Assembly: GCA_025059745.1 (NCBI GenBank)
Contig: JANXDH010000004.1
Coordinates: forward strand, 396,618 to 460,617
Length of the DNA stretch: 64,000 nt
Direction of reading: 5' to 3'
Source of the DNA: Aigarchaeota archaeon
GTDB taxonomy: Archaea > Thermoproteota > Nitrososphaeria_A > Caldarchaeales > Calditenuaceae
In this document: positions 55,081 to 64,000 of the stretch, piece after piece
How positions within the stretch are numbered: position 1 is the stretch's first letter
Layout of the letters: each line of letters opens with the position of its first letter
Notes under the pieces: model-generated
Seen by the model: only the letters and a program-made list of their open reading frames with translations
The model's database searches: none
What the model was told of the DNA's origin: nothing
Program-made: the position numbers and the translations under genes

Positions 55081-56463
55081 CTAGTGGACGTGAGGATTGC
55101 CGACGTAAGCAAGAGCGCACTCAGACTTCATGACCTCCCTCAGGAGACAGGTGGCATAAGAGCCTCTACTCATCTCCAGATCTATGACAGCGCTCGACTC
55201 GTCTAGGGAATTGAAAGAGGTGACGTTGAAACGCGGTACCAGGATTGGCCGGAACGACCCGACTGTACCCGCCTCGTTCATGCCTCTTAGTCTGAACTGA
55301 TCCATCCTTACCCCCTCCTCCTCTAGGACCTTCTGGAGAGCTGACCCTCTCGCCCCCCTCGGCACCCTAACGCCGTGGCCCGGGACGGGCATCACGATGT
55401 AGACGTCTTTGCGCCTCAGCCTCTTATCAACTTCCTCGATGTTCCACTTAGTGACCTCAAAAACCTGACCGGAGGGGTACCCATAGACGTCAGGGACGGT
55501 GATCAGGTCGCCGACCGTGGGCTCCAGTGGAGAGAGGCCCTCACTGAGAGTGACGTTGAGTGCCTTATTGAAGAGGAAGGACGCGTATGATTCTACTATC
55601 AACCTCCTCAACCGAAGTGGCATTCTCCTTAACGCGTTGACGAAGTCACCACTCCTCCTCATCAAGTGCCTCGCTATGGCCTTTTCGTACCTCAGAGAGC
55701 TCGGGAACTCATCCACCACGAACCCGTAATCTTGGGTCTCGAAGAATGTCCTCCTCATCTCCTGGACCTCCCTCCTTTCGAACGGTGAGTGACCGCCGAT
55801 GAAAAGCCTGACGGCCTCCTCGTACTCTCCCCTTACGATCAGCCTGCCTACTAGGTGCGATATCGGTCTTACGACCCCGAACCTCTGATGGCCGAAGTAG
55901 TTGGGGACCCCTGAGCTTTTTAGTTCCCCGAACAAATCGCTCAAGGCACCCTCAGAGAACTCCTTTATGCGAGAGACCACGACCTTGAACCTATTCGCTA
56001 TTATCTTGGACGAGGAGAGGTAGTCTATGAAACCTATGTGCTTCGCGGCGACCGAGTGCCACCTCACCTCACGAGCACCGGATCTTAAGTGATCGCTGGT
56101 CGGTATAGCGATGAATTGCCACGTCTCCGCGCGCCTGTCCTTCACACCCCCCACCGATACCCTCGACGGCCTCGTACCGACCTCCTTGGCGAACTCGCTG
56201 ACGGCCCTCACGAGCTCCCTGTCACGCTTATAGAGGACGTACAGAGCCCAAGGTAGGATCGGGGAGGTGACTGGGTACCTCGGGTCTATCGCCTCGACGC
56301 CGCCCTCCAGTACCTCCCAGACCTTGAACTCCTCGGGCCTCTCCTTTATCACTCCGGAGATCCCACGACCCTTAGTAACGTAACGCCCTAATCCGACGAA
56401 GGCCTCGATATCGGTGCAACGAAGATTCCTGAGCCTCTCAGACAGCTCCTCGGAAGAACTCAT
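55081..56463 (-). CDS. truD: tRNA pseudouridine(13) synthase TruD/Pus7-like
   Basis: 460 aa; GGVKDRRAETWQ (catalytic Asp motif) and NYFGHQRFG. Confidence 0.85.
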   Translation of the reverse strand: MSSSEELSERLRNLRCTDIEAFVGLGRYVTKGRGISGVIKERPEEFKVWEVLEGGVEAIDPRYPVTSPILPWALYVLYKRDRELVRAVSEFAKEVGTRPSRVSVGGVKDRRAETWQFIAIPTSDHLRSGAREVRWHSVAAKHIGFIDYLSSSKIIANRFKVVVSRIKEFSEGALSDLFGELKSSGVPNYFGHQRFGVVRPISHLVGRLIVRGEYEEAVRLFIGGHSPFERREVQEMRRTFFETQDYGFVVDEFPSSLRYEKAIARHLMRRSGDFVNALRRMPLRLRRLIVESYASFLFNKALNVTLSEGLSPLEPTVGDLITVPDVYGYPSGQVFEVTKWNIEEVDKRLRRKDVYIVMPVPGHGVRVPRGARGSALQKVLEEEGVRMDQFRLRGMNEAGTVGSFRPILVPRFNVTSFNSLDESSAVIDLEMSRGSYATCLLREVMKSECALAYVGNPHVH

Positions 56464-57820
56464 TGGTGACCCTGACTACCTCATCGTTGACCCTATTCAC
56501 TATCTTCTCGGAGAGTCCTATGCACTCCTCAACCGTCCTCGGTATGAAGTCTTCCGGTCTCAAACCCAACGAGGTGATCACCTCGCGTAATTCTTTGAGG
56601 TAATCGGCCCCGCTCGATCTGATCGACCTCAGCCTGTCTATGGCGTCTATCCCCCGCTTCCTCAACCTCACCTGCACCGTCTCGGAGACTACCTCCGGGT
56701 GGGCCTCTACATCAGCCCTGATCCCCTCCCTGTCCACGTATAAACCTCTCAGGTAGTTTGCGACGTTCTTAATACCTATTATCATGTGCGCCGCGGCTGT
56801 CCCGTAATTCCTCTTGAGCGTAGAGTCCGAGAGGTCCCTCTGTAGTCTAGAGACTAGGAGCCTGTTGGCTAAGAAGGTGAAGAGCGTGCTTGCCAGCTCG
56901 AGGTTCCCCTCTGCGTTCTCGACTTCTATCGGGTTGACCTTATGGGGGATGGTGGATGAGCCCACCCTCTGGGGCCCTCCCCATCGCAGGTATCCCAGCA
57001 TGGTGTAGAGCCAAAGGTCCCTTGCTAGGTCTACGAGGACCATGCACGTCAGGGACAACTCGAATAGGAACCGCGACACGTCGTCGTGAGGGAGTATCTG
57101 TTTGTTCGCGATCCACGGCCTCAGACCCAGACTACTGATGAACCTCTCTAGAGCCTCGTCAACGTCCTCACCGAAGAGCTCCACTAGGGCCGAGTAGGTC
57201 CCCACAGATCCCGATATCTTTCCCGGGAGGATCGCGGCGGATATATTGCTGTAACACCTGAGTAGCCTGTAGAGGTGGACCGCAAATTCCTTGCCGAGCG
57301 TTGTAGGTGCCGCGGGCTGACCGTGAGTCCTGCCGACTATGACGGTCCTCCGCTCATCGTAAGAGATCTTCATGAGGACGTTCATCAGCTCGTTTAGTTC
57401 ATTCTTCAGGAGCCTCTTGAAGTCGGTGAGCATCAGGGAGAGCGAGAGGTTGGTTACGTCCTCGGAGGTCAGACCGAGGTGCACGTAGGGTTGTAGCCCG
57501 GTGAGCCCCAATTCTCCCAACCTAGCCTTCAGGTACCGGACCGCGGACTCGACGTCGTGAGAGGTTTTGGCCTCATATCTCTTCACTTCCCTCCCACCCT
57601 CCTCCGAGAGGTTCGAGACCTCCTCTTCGAGGGAGCGCAGTTTATTGATGGCCTCGTTGCTCGAGATTTTCAGGTTGTTGAGGAGGAATCCAAGGTATTT
57701 GACCTCAACGATCAATCTATACCTTATGAGGGCATATTCAGAGAAGATCCGGGAGAGATCGGAGGTGAGGCTGGAGTAGCGACCATCGATGGGCGATACC
57801 GCGTGCAATGGATCGATCAC
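56438..57820 (-). CDS. purB: adenylosuccinate lyase
   Basis: 460 aa; fumarase/ASL signature GSSTIPHKVNP; SPIDGRY N-terminus. Confidence 0.9.
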   Translation of the reverse strand: MIDPLHAVSPIDGRYSSLTSDLSRIFSEYALIRYRLIVEVKYLGFLLNNLKISSNEAINKLRSLEEEVSNLSEEGGREVKRYEAKTSHDVESAVRYLKARLGELGLTGLQPYVHLGLTSEDVTNLSLSLMLTDFKRLLKNELNELMNVLMKISYDERRTVIVGRTHGQPAAPTTLGKEFAVHLYRLLRCYSNISAAILPGKISGSVGTYSALVELFGEDVDEALERFISSLGLRPWIANKQILPHDDVSRFLFELSLTCMVLVDLARDLWLYTMLGYLRWGGPQRVGSSTIPHKVNPIEVENAEGNLELASTLFTFLANRLLVSRLQRDLSDSTLKRNYGTAAAHMIIGIKNVANYLRGLYVDREGIRADVEAHPEVVSETVQVRLRKRGIDAIDRLRSIRSSGADYLKELREVITSLGLRPEDFIPRTVEECIGLSEKIVNRVNDEVVRVTNEFFRGAV

Positions 57821-59079
57821 TTCACAACCACCTCATTATGCCCAGGTCCCACACTTATTAGCCTGATTTTCACACCGAGGTCCTCTTCTATGAACTCCAC
57901 GTACCTCCGCGCCTCGACCGGTAACCCACCGTAACCCTCCTCGATCACCTCGCGCACCCTCTCCCCCTCTAGACCCTTCCATCCCCTCAGAACTTGATAC
58001 ACGGGCCTGACGCGACTCAGCCTCTCTACGGTCGAGGGGTACCTCGAGGTAGTCTTACCGTCCACCTCGTACTTCACACACACCTTCACTTCGTTGAGAC
58101 CCGAGAGGACATCGACCATCGTGAGGGCCAACTCGTCCACCCCGTTTAACTCTGCTGCGTACCTCAGCCCCACTAGGTCTAGCCACCCTATCCTCCTCGG
58201 CCTCCCGGTGGTGGTGCCGTACTCGTGACCGCGCTCCCGTATGATCGCCCCCAGCTCGCCCTCGATCTCTGTGGGCAAGGGGCCGCCTCCGACTCTCGTG
58301 GTGTAGGCCTTCACGACCCCCACCACCCTCGAGACGTAACGAGGCGATACGCCGACCCCTAATGGAACAAAGGACGCAATGGTATGAGACGAGGTGACGT
58401 AGGGATAGGTCCCGTGATCTATGTCTAGCATCGTACCCTGAGCACCCTCATAGACGACGGCCCCACCCTGATCGATGACCCCGGCGACATAGGGTCCAAC
58501 GTCTCTCACGTAACTATCTATGACAGGTACCCTGCTCACGAGCCAATCGTATAACTCCTCCGATCTCTCACCGTCCCCGAGGTGATGAACGGCCAAAGCA
58601 GTCCTCAACTTCTCGCGCAAGGTCTCTCGCTCCAGCAGGTCAACGACCCTGACCCCGAACCTAGCGTACCTATCTGAGGCAGCAGGCCCTATACCTCTCC
58701 CAGTGGTGCCGACCCTCCGTGCTCCCCTACTCTCCTCCCACATTGAGTCCAAGGACTTGTGAATCGGTAGCACCACATGAGCTCTCTCGCTTATCATGAG
58801 GTCGACGCGCCCCCTCAACTCCTCCAATTTACGGAGTTCATCAATAAGTACGTCCAGGTCGATCAGCGTCCCCGGGCCTATCACCGCTGAGTCCGCGAAG
58901 ACGCTCCCGATGGGAATGATGTGAAACTTCAACTCCCTCCCGTTCAGCCTAACGGCGTGCCCTGCGTTGGCTCCTCCGTTGAACCTTACTGCGGCCTTAG
59001 CTCCCCTCGATAGGTAAACCGAGATCTTCCCCTTGCCCTCGTCGCCCCACTGAAGCCCTATCACGCAGATACCGGGCAT
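57817..59079 (-). CDS. purA: adenylosuccinate synthase
   Basis: 420 aa; GLQWGDEGKGK, GTTGRGIGPA, TTGRPRRIGW. Confidence 0.95.
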   Translation of the reverse strand: MPGICVIGLQWGDEGKGKISVYLSRGAKAAVRFNGGANAGHAVRLNGRELKFHIIPIGSVFADSAVIGPGTLIDLDVLIDELRKLEELRGRVDLMISERAHVVLPIHKSLDSMWEESRGARRVGTTGRGIGPAASDRYARFGVRVVDLLERETLREKLRTALAVHHLGDGERSEELYDWLVSRVPVIDSYVRDVGPYVAGVIDQGGAVVYEGAQGTMLDIDHGTYPYVTSSHTIASFVPLGVGVSPRYVSRVVGVVKAYTTRVGGGPLPTEIEGELGAIIRERGHEYGTTTGRPRRIGWLDLVGLRYAAELNGVDELALTMVDVLSGLNEVKVCVKYEVDGKTTSRYPSTVERLSRVRPVYQVLRGWKGLEGERVREVIEEGYGGLPVEARRYVEFIEEDLGVKIRLISVGPGHNEVVVK

Positions 59080-59084
59080 GCCAA

Positions 59085-60545
59085 CTAGGATATCTTCTCG
59101 ACGTCGTGAGGTGCGCCCTCTCTCAGTGCGGCCTCGGTGATCCTGATGAACACCGCGTTCCTCCTCAGCTCCCTCAAGTCCCTAGCACCGCAGTAGCTCA
59201 GTCCTGACCTGAGGCCAGATATCAGCTGCTTGACTACATCTGATACGGATCCGCGGTAGTCGACGTACGCCTCTATGCCCTCGGCTATGTAAGAGTAGTC
59301 CGCCACCTCATCGAGGAGCTCATCTGCAATCCCCCCGGAGGTCTTGCCCTCACGCGCCAACATCGCGTAGAATGAAGCCATGCCCCTGTAAATCTTGTAC
59401 TTCCTTCCGTTCCTCACGACCATGGTCCCCGGGCTCTCATCGGTCCCCGCGAGGAGCATGCCGAGCATAACGGTATCGGCGCCACCCGCGAGTGCCTTGA
59501 CTAGGTCCGCAGAGGACCTTATACCTCCATCGGCCATCATGGGCACACCGGTCCTCTCAGAAGCCTCTGCGCAATTTATGATCGCTGAGAGTTGCGGGAC
59601 CCCCACCCCTGCAACCACCCTCGTCGTACAGACCGAACCCGGACCAACCCCCACCTTCACGCAATCGGAGAGGGACGCCAGATCCTCGAACCCCTCAGGG
59701 GTCGCTACGTTGCCCGCAATGAGCTCTACCGAATCGCCCAGCTCTCTCCTAATGCGTTTCATGGTCGAGAGAACCTGCTCCGTGTGACCGTGTGCTACGT
59801 CCACTACTATCAGATCAACCTCCGCATCGTAAAGTGCCCTCGCTCTATCGACGCAGTCCTCCTTGACACCGACCGCAGCGGCCACCATCAACCGGCCCTT
59901 CGAGTCCCTCGATGCGTTCGGGTAGGATCCGCGGGAGATGATGTCCCTCGCGGTGATCAGGCCCTTGATTCGACCCCCATCATCGACTATCGGGATCTTC
60001 TCCACCTTGTGCTGTCTGATCAACTCTATCGCTTCCTCAGTGGTCACGCCCTCCCTCGCGGTCACAAGCCTGTGCTTTGGTGTCATAGCGTCCCTAACCC
60101 GAGAGTCGTCTCTCTCGAAGAGGATATCCCTCCTCGTCAGTATGCCCTCCACGTAGTCTCCGTCCCTGACGACAATCAGACCAGTTACCTCGTGCTGTTC
60201 CATGATCCTTCTAGCGTCGCTCACGCTCGCGTCGACGGATATCCTGTATGGGTTCTCGATTATTATGCTCTCAGCCCTCTTGACCTTCCTGACTTCACTG
60301 GCTTGCTGTTCTATCGGCATGAACCTGTGTATCACGCCTATACCGCCCTCTCTCGCCATCGCTATGGCCATCTTGCTCTCTGTGACCGTGTCCATACTCG
60401 CTGAGACTAAGGGGATGTTCAGCCTGATCCTTCTCGTGAGGTTAGTGGAGGTATTGACGTCCTTCCTCGACTTTATGGAAGAGAACCTTGGGACGAGCAG
60501 CACATCATCGAACGTTATACCGATGCCCTCCCCGACCTTATACAA
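59085..60545 (-). CDS. guaB: IMP dehydrogenase (with CBS pair)
   Basis: 486 aa; FDDVLLVP, catalytic loop VGVGPGSVCTTR, GGIRSSAD. Confidence 0.95.
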   Translation of the reverse strand: MYKVGEGIGITFDDVLLVPRFSSIKSRKDVNTSTNLTRRIRLNIPLVSASMDTVTESKMAIAMAREGGIGVIHRFMPIEQQASEVRKVKRAESIIIENPYRISVDASVSDARRIMEQHEVTGLIVVRDGDYVEGILTRRDILFERDDSRVRDAMTPKHRLVTAREGVTTEEAIELIRQHKVEKIPIVDDGGRIKGLITARDIISRGSYPNASRDSKGRLMVAAAVGVKEDCVDRARALYDAEVDLIVVDVAHGHTEQVLSTMKRIRRELGDSVELIAGNVATPEGFEDLASLSDCVKVGVGPGSVCTTRVVAGVGVPQLSAIINCAEASERTGVPMMADGGIRSSADLVKALAGGADTVMLGMLLAGTDESPGTMVVRNGRKYKIYRGMASFYAMLAREGKTSGGIADELLDEVADYSYIAEGIEAYVDYRGSVSDVVKQLISGLRSGLSYCGARDLRELRRNAVFIRITEAALREGAPHDVEKIS

Positions 60546-60646
60546 TAATATCCCAATTATTGCAGCACCAAAGCTTCATTATATATCTTTAGCTCGGAAC
60601 GCGAAGTAGGTTAAGCGATTGGGAGTAAAAGGACTGGTTGGGCCCC

Positions 60647-62071
60647 TCAGACGTCGAAGTACAGGTAGAACTCGTGTGGATGCGGACGCATCGAGACCTC
60701 CAGGTTCTGCTTGCGGAGTAACTCGATCCACGTCTCTATCACGTCGTTTGTGAACACCGGTCTCAAGAACTCGCAGTCTGACTCTAGAGCTTGGGTGGCC
60801 TCCAAGAGACTCGTGGGTAGTTGTTTTATGCCTAGCTCCCTCTTCCGTTCGGGCGACAGGAGATAGATGTTGTCATCGACTGGGTCTCCAGGGTCTATCT
60901 TCCTCTTTATGCCGTCCAGTCCAGCCATCAACATAGCTGCAAACGTCAGGTACGGGTTACATGACGGATCGGGTGTCCTGAACTCGACCCTCTTGGACTT
61001 TGAAGATGCAGCGCCCTTCTGATAAACCGGTATCCTGACGTTGGCGGACCTGTTAGACTTGCTCCACGCTATGAAGACTGGCGCCTCATAACCTGGTACC
61101 AGCCTCCTGTAAGAGTTGGTGGTGGGACAGACTATACCCGCGAGCGCTCTACTGTGCTCCAGAAGTCCACCGACGTAGTACCTGCCGATCTGACTCAGCT
61201 CCGCGTACTTGTCGTTTGCGTCAAAGAAGGCGTTCTTCCCGTCCTTCCAGAGGCTCGAGTGGACGTGCATCCCTGATGCGTTGTCCATGAAGATCGGCTT
61301 TGGCATGAAAGTGGCCACCATTCCTCTCTTCACTGCCTCGGAACGGACGACGTACTTGTAGGTCATGACGTTGTCCGCCATACGTATCAAAGTATCGTAC
61401 CTCATGTCTATCTCGCACTGACCCGCGGTAGCGACCTCGTGGTGGTGGGCGTCAGTTTTGATACCGAAGTACTTCCCGAGCACTTTAGAGCACTCTGACC
61501 TGAAGTCCATCAGCGTGTCTTGGGGCGGGACGGGGTAGTAGCCCTCCTTGAACCTTATGGGGTAGCCCTCGGTGCCCCACGCCGCCTCCTTAGAGATTAT
61601 CTCGTAATACGATCCCTTGAAGGACGTTGAGACGTCCCACCTGACTCTGTCGAAGACGAAGAACTCTATCTCCGGCCCCCAGTATGAGAGGTCAAAACCT
61701 TGCTCCACCAAGTACATCTGGGCCTTCTGAGCTATCCACCGTGGGTCCCTAGAGAACCTACCACCTCCGTATCCTCTGTAGACGTCTGATATCATCCGTA
61801 CGGTAGTGTGCTCGCGGTAAGGATCCCTGGATAGTGTCGTTGGGTCAGGTCTCAACAGCATATCAGACTCGAATATCTCGACGAACCCCCTTATCGAAGA
61901 ACCGTCCAGCTTGGGAACTCCTTCCGTGAAGTGCTCCTCGGCGACGTAGTCCATCGAGATCGTTATGTGCTGTAGTTTTCCCGGCAGATCGGTAAACTGG
62001 AGGTCTATGAACTCGACGCCCTCTCCCTTCAGCCCTTCTATCAGAACCTTCGGATCGGTGATCCCCGTCAA
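60647..62071 (-). CDS. glnA: glutamine synthetase type I
   Basis: 474 aa; FMPKPIFMDNASGMHVHSSL, NSYRRLVPGYEAP; TTG start. Confidence 0.95.
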   Translation of the reverse strand: MTGITDPKVLIEGLKGEGVEFIDLQFTDLPGKLQHITISMDYVAEEHFTEGVPKLDGSSIRGFVEIFESDMLLRPDPTTLSRDPYREHTTVRMISDVYRGYGGGRFSRDPRWIAQKAQMYLVEQGFDLSYWGPEIEFFVFDRVRWDVSTSFKGSYYEIISKEAAWGTEGYPIRFKEGYYPVPPQDTLMDFRSECSKVLGKYFGIKTDAHHHEVATAGQCEIDMRYDTLIRMADNVMTYKYVVRSEAVKRGMVATFMPKPIFMDNASGMHVHSSLWKDGKNAFFDANDKYAELSQIGRYYVGGLLEHSRALAGIVCPTTNSYRRLVPGYEAPVFIAWSKSNRSANVRIPVYQKGAASSKSKRVEFRTPDPSCNPYLTFAAMLMAGLDGIKRKIDPGDPVDDNIYLLSPERKRELGIKQLPTSLLEATQALESDCEFLRPVFTNDVIETWIELLRKQNLEVSMRPHPHEFYLYFDV

Positions 62072-62183
62072 GGATATCCCTTGTCTCTGATGACTTTTGA
62101 GCCCATAATATAAAATTATCTAATAACGTTTTCCAATCAAGCTTGAAATTAAACATATGTTCACAAATATTTATAAAGACAAT

Positions 62184-62199
62184 GAAAAATCAATAAAAT
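62184..62199 (-). terminator. oligo-T tracts downstream of tpiA
   Basis: The minus strand reads TTTTATTGATTTTT about 50 nt after the tpiA stop. Confidence 0.3.
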
Positions 62200-62244
62200 G
62201 ACTCTGAGATTTGAGTGGAGGGAACGGGTAAAGTCCCAAAAACC

Positions 62245-62955
62245 TTATAGCCTCTTAGCGCTCTCGAAAGCCTTTATCGAGAGCTCGCACATCTCCCTTA
62301 AAAGCTTTTTCGGGTCCTTCGATTTCACGAAGGCTGAGGAGAGCAATACCCCCTCAGAGCCCAGATCTATGGCCCTATAGACGTCCTCGGAGTTAGAGAT
62401 GCCCGCGCCGCAAAGGACTATTACGTCCCTGTTCAGCCCCTTTACGGCCTCTACGGTCTGCCTGACGAGCTCGGGTCTAGCCGTTGACACAGATATCCCG
62501 GTGCCTATCAACTCCGGCGGCTCGATCGCAATGACGTCCGGCCTCAACATGGCACCTGCTATTGAGCTCTGGAGAGTGTCTGTACATAGTATCGAGGTGA
62601 GCCCCTCCTCCCTCAGTAGACCTATAACCGTCGCTATCTCGGACAACCTCATAGTCATCTCCGAGTGATTGATGAGACTGCCGGACGCACCGGCTGACTT
62701 TATGGCCTGTACTGTAACGTGTCCCGTATAACTCCCGGGTCTTACCGGATCGACGTGCTGCGCGAGCACGCGTACTGAGTACCTCGAGGTGAGCCTATAG
62801 ATATCGGTAGTTTGAGGCGCTACGAAGAGGGATACGTTGTACTCACTCTGTACCTCCTCGACTACGCTGGTCAACCTCTCCGATGATGGACCGGTGCTCT
62901 CTGAGTACGCTTTGTAGTTCAGCACTATTAACGGAAGAGTTATCCTCCGTGCCAC
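62245..62955 (-). CDS. tpiA: triosephosphate isomerase (archaeal short type)
   Basis: 236 aa; VLNYKAY, INHSE, AIEPPELIGTG, CGAGI. Confidence 0.85.
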   Translation of the reverse strand: MARRITLPLIVLNYKAYSESTGPSSERLTSVVEEVQSEYNVSLFVAPQTTDIYRLTSRYSVRVLAQHVDPVRPGSYTGHVTVQAIKSAGASGSLINHSEMTMRLSEIATVIGLLREEGLTSILCTDTLQSSIAGAMLRPDVIAIEPPELIGTGISVSTARPELVRQTVEAVKGLNRDVIVLCGAGISNSEDVYRAIDLGSEGVLLSSAFVKSKDPKKLLREMCELSIKAFESAKRL

Positions 62956-63040
62956 GCCCTCTCTCTCCGTGTCCCACTAGTTAACCTTGTCATTGTATCG
63001 AGGTATGACTTAAATGCGTCAGGGTCCCGATAAAATCGAG

Positions 63041-64000
63041 ATGGGTTCACGAAGGCAGGGAAACCCGTACGTTCCCCACACAGAGCGCGATTTACGCGCT
63101 ATGATGGAGGTACTCGGAATAAAGGACCCCATGGAGCTGTTCAGCGATGTACCCCGGGAGTTCATCATAGAGGACGATCTGGAGTTCGAGGGACCTCTCA
63201 CCGAGCTCGAGGTGGTCGAGCTTCTGGACGAGATGGGCCGTAAGAATCTGTGCGCGAGTGACGTCCAGATCAACTTGGGTCAGGGTATATACCCGCGTTA
63301 CGTGCCGGCCGTCGTATCAGAGATAATATCTCGCAGTGAATTCTTCACGTCGTACACGCCTTACCAGCCCGAGCTCTCACAGGGGGTCCTGTGGGCGCTC
63401 TTCGAGTATCAGAGTCTGATAGCGGAGCTGGTTGACCTAGACGTCGTGACCGCCTCACTATACGACTGGTCGACCGCGGTCGGTGAGGCAGGGAGACTCC
63501 TCATAAGGTACACAGGAAGACACAAAATACTCGTAGGTGACTACGTTTTCTCTGAGAGGGTCGGCACGCTGATCAACTATATAGAGCCGGTGGGAGGTAA
63601 GGTCGAGGTGGTGTCTTACGACGATGAGGGGAACTTAGACTTGGACGACCTGAACAGCAAGTTGGACGATGACGTTGCTGGCATCTACTTTGAGAGCCCG
63701 AACGGTCTCGGGTTCCTGACGATGAACGTCGAGGAGGTCGTGGAGGCCGTCCACAGAAGGGGGGGATTGGTGGCAATGGGGTTCGAGCCGACCTCATTGG
63801 GTGTCTTGGAACCGCCCGGAGCTTTAGGAGTCGATGTGGCCGTCGCCGAGGGCCAGTCTTTGGGTCTTTCCATGTCATTCGGGGGCCCCTGCCTTGGGAT
63901 ACTGGCGTGCAGGCATGAGCAGAGACTCGTGAGGTCTCTACCAGGACGCCTGATAGGTATGGGCGAGGACCTAGAAGGTAACAGGGCCTTCACTATGGTG
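63041..64000 (+). CDS. gcvPA: glycine dehydrogenase (decarboxylating) subunit 1, 5' partial; runs off the window
   Basis: My own translation: MGSRRQGNPYVPHTERDLRAMMEVLGI...FTSYTPYQPELSQGVLWALFEYQSLIAEL; an alternative in-frame ATG lies at 63014. Not in the ORF track because no stop falls within the window. Confidence 0.85.
   Translation, partial: MGSRRQGNPYVPHTERDLRAMMEVLGIKDPMELFSDVPREFIIEDDLEFEGPLTELEVVELLDEMGRKNLCASDVQINLGQGIYPRYVPAVVSEIISRSEFFTSYTPYQPELSQGVLWALFEYQSLIAELVDLDVVTASLYDWSTAVGEAGRLLIRYTGRHKILVGDYVFSERVGTLINYIEPVGGKVEVVSYDDEGNLDLDDLNSKLDDDVAGIYFESPNGLGFLTMNVEEVVEAVHRRGGLVAMGFEPTSLGVLEPPGALGVDVAVAEGQSLGLSMSFGGPCLGILACRHEQRLVRSLPGRLIGMGEDLEGNRAFTMV

Noticed and set aside
62086-62092. 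CTGATGA upstream of glnA paired with a CTGA at about 62208, considered as a C/D sRNA
   Set aside because: The first base is non-consensus, the boxes are about 120 nt apart (too long for archaeal C/D RNAs), and there are no internal C'/D' boxes.
1-64000. Looked for CRISPR arrays, IS elements, integrases and att-like partial tRNA duplications next to the four tRNA genes
   Set aside because: No regularly spaced direct repeats, no transposase/integrase-like ORFs and no duplicated tRNA 3' halves were seen by eye. An exhaustive repeat search was not possible without tools.

Overview
Archaeal chromosomal window with hyperthermophile-style codon usage (AGG/AGA Arg, ATA Ile, GAG Glu) and GC in the mid-50s % by eye. 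It is almost gap-free: about 72 protein genes and 4 tRNAs, and no intergenic gap exceeds about 175 nt. Two tRNAs carry anticodon-loop introns. Most content is core housekeeping. This includes a nurA-herA-mre11-rad50 repair operon, the exosome/proteasome superoperon (psmA-SBDS-rrp4-rrp41-rrp42-L37ae-pcc1-pfdB), an rpoD-L18e-L13 cluster and an A-type ATPase F-E-A fragment. It also includes purB-purA-guaB-glnA-tpiA, lipid genes (mvk, carS, GGR-like), an ECF transporter, a small glycan-synthesis cluster, an RbkR-type riboflavin kinase/regulator and an orphan nuoB-nuoC pair. I saw no CRISPR array, transposase, integrase or recognisable defence island. The best candidate for something undescribed is in the repair operon. 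Rad50 has a single Cys in 808 aa, so it cannot have a CxxC zinc hook. Exactly at the coiled-coil apex it carries a 42-residue hydrophobic hairpin flanked by Arg/Lys clusters. In the same operon, nurA is broken by a frameshift at a C6 tract, mre11 has GDHD instead of GNHD, and herA contains a low-GC patch. Secondary leads are a winged-helix-like ORF where uS9 normally follows L13, a perfect palindrome over the rbkR promoter, and nuoB-nuoC stranded behind an unknown membrane protein. All functional calls rest on motif recognition by eye; no database search was run.
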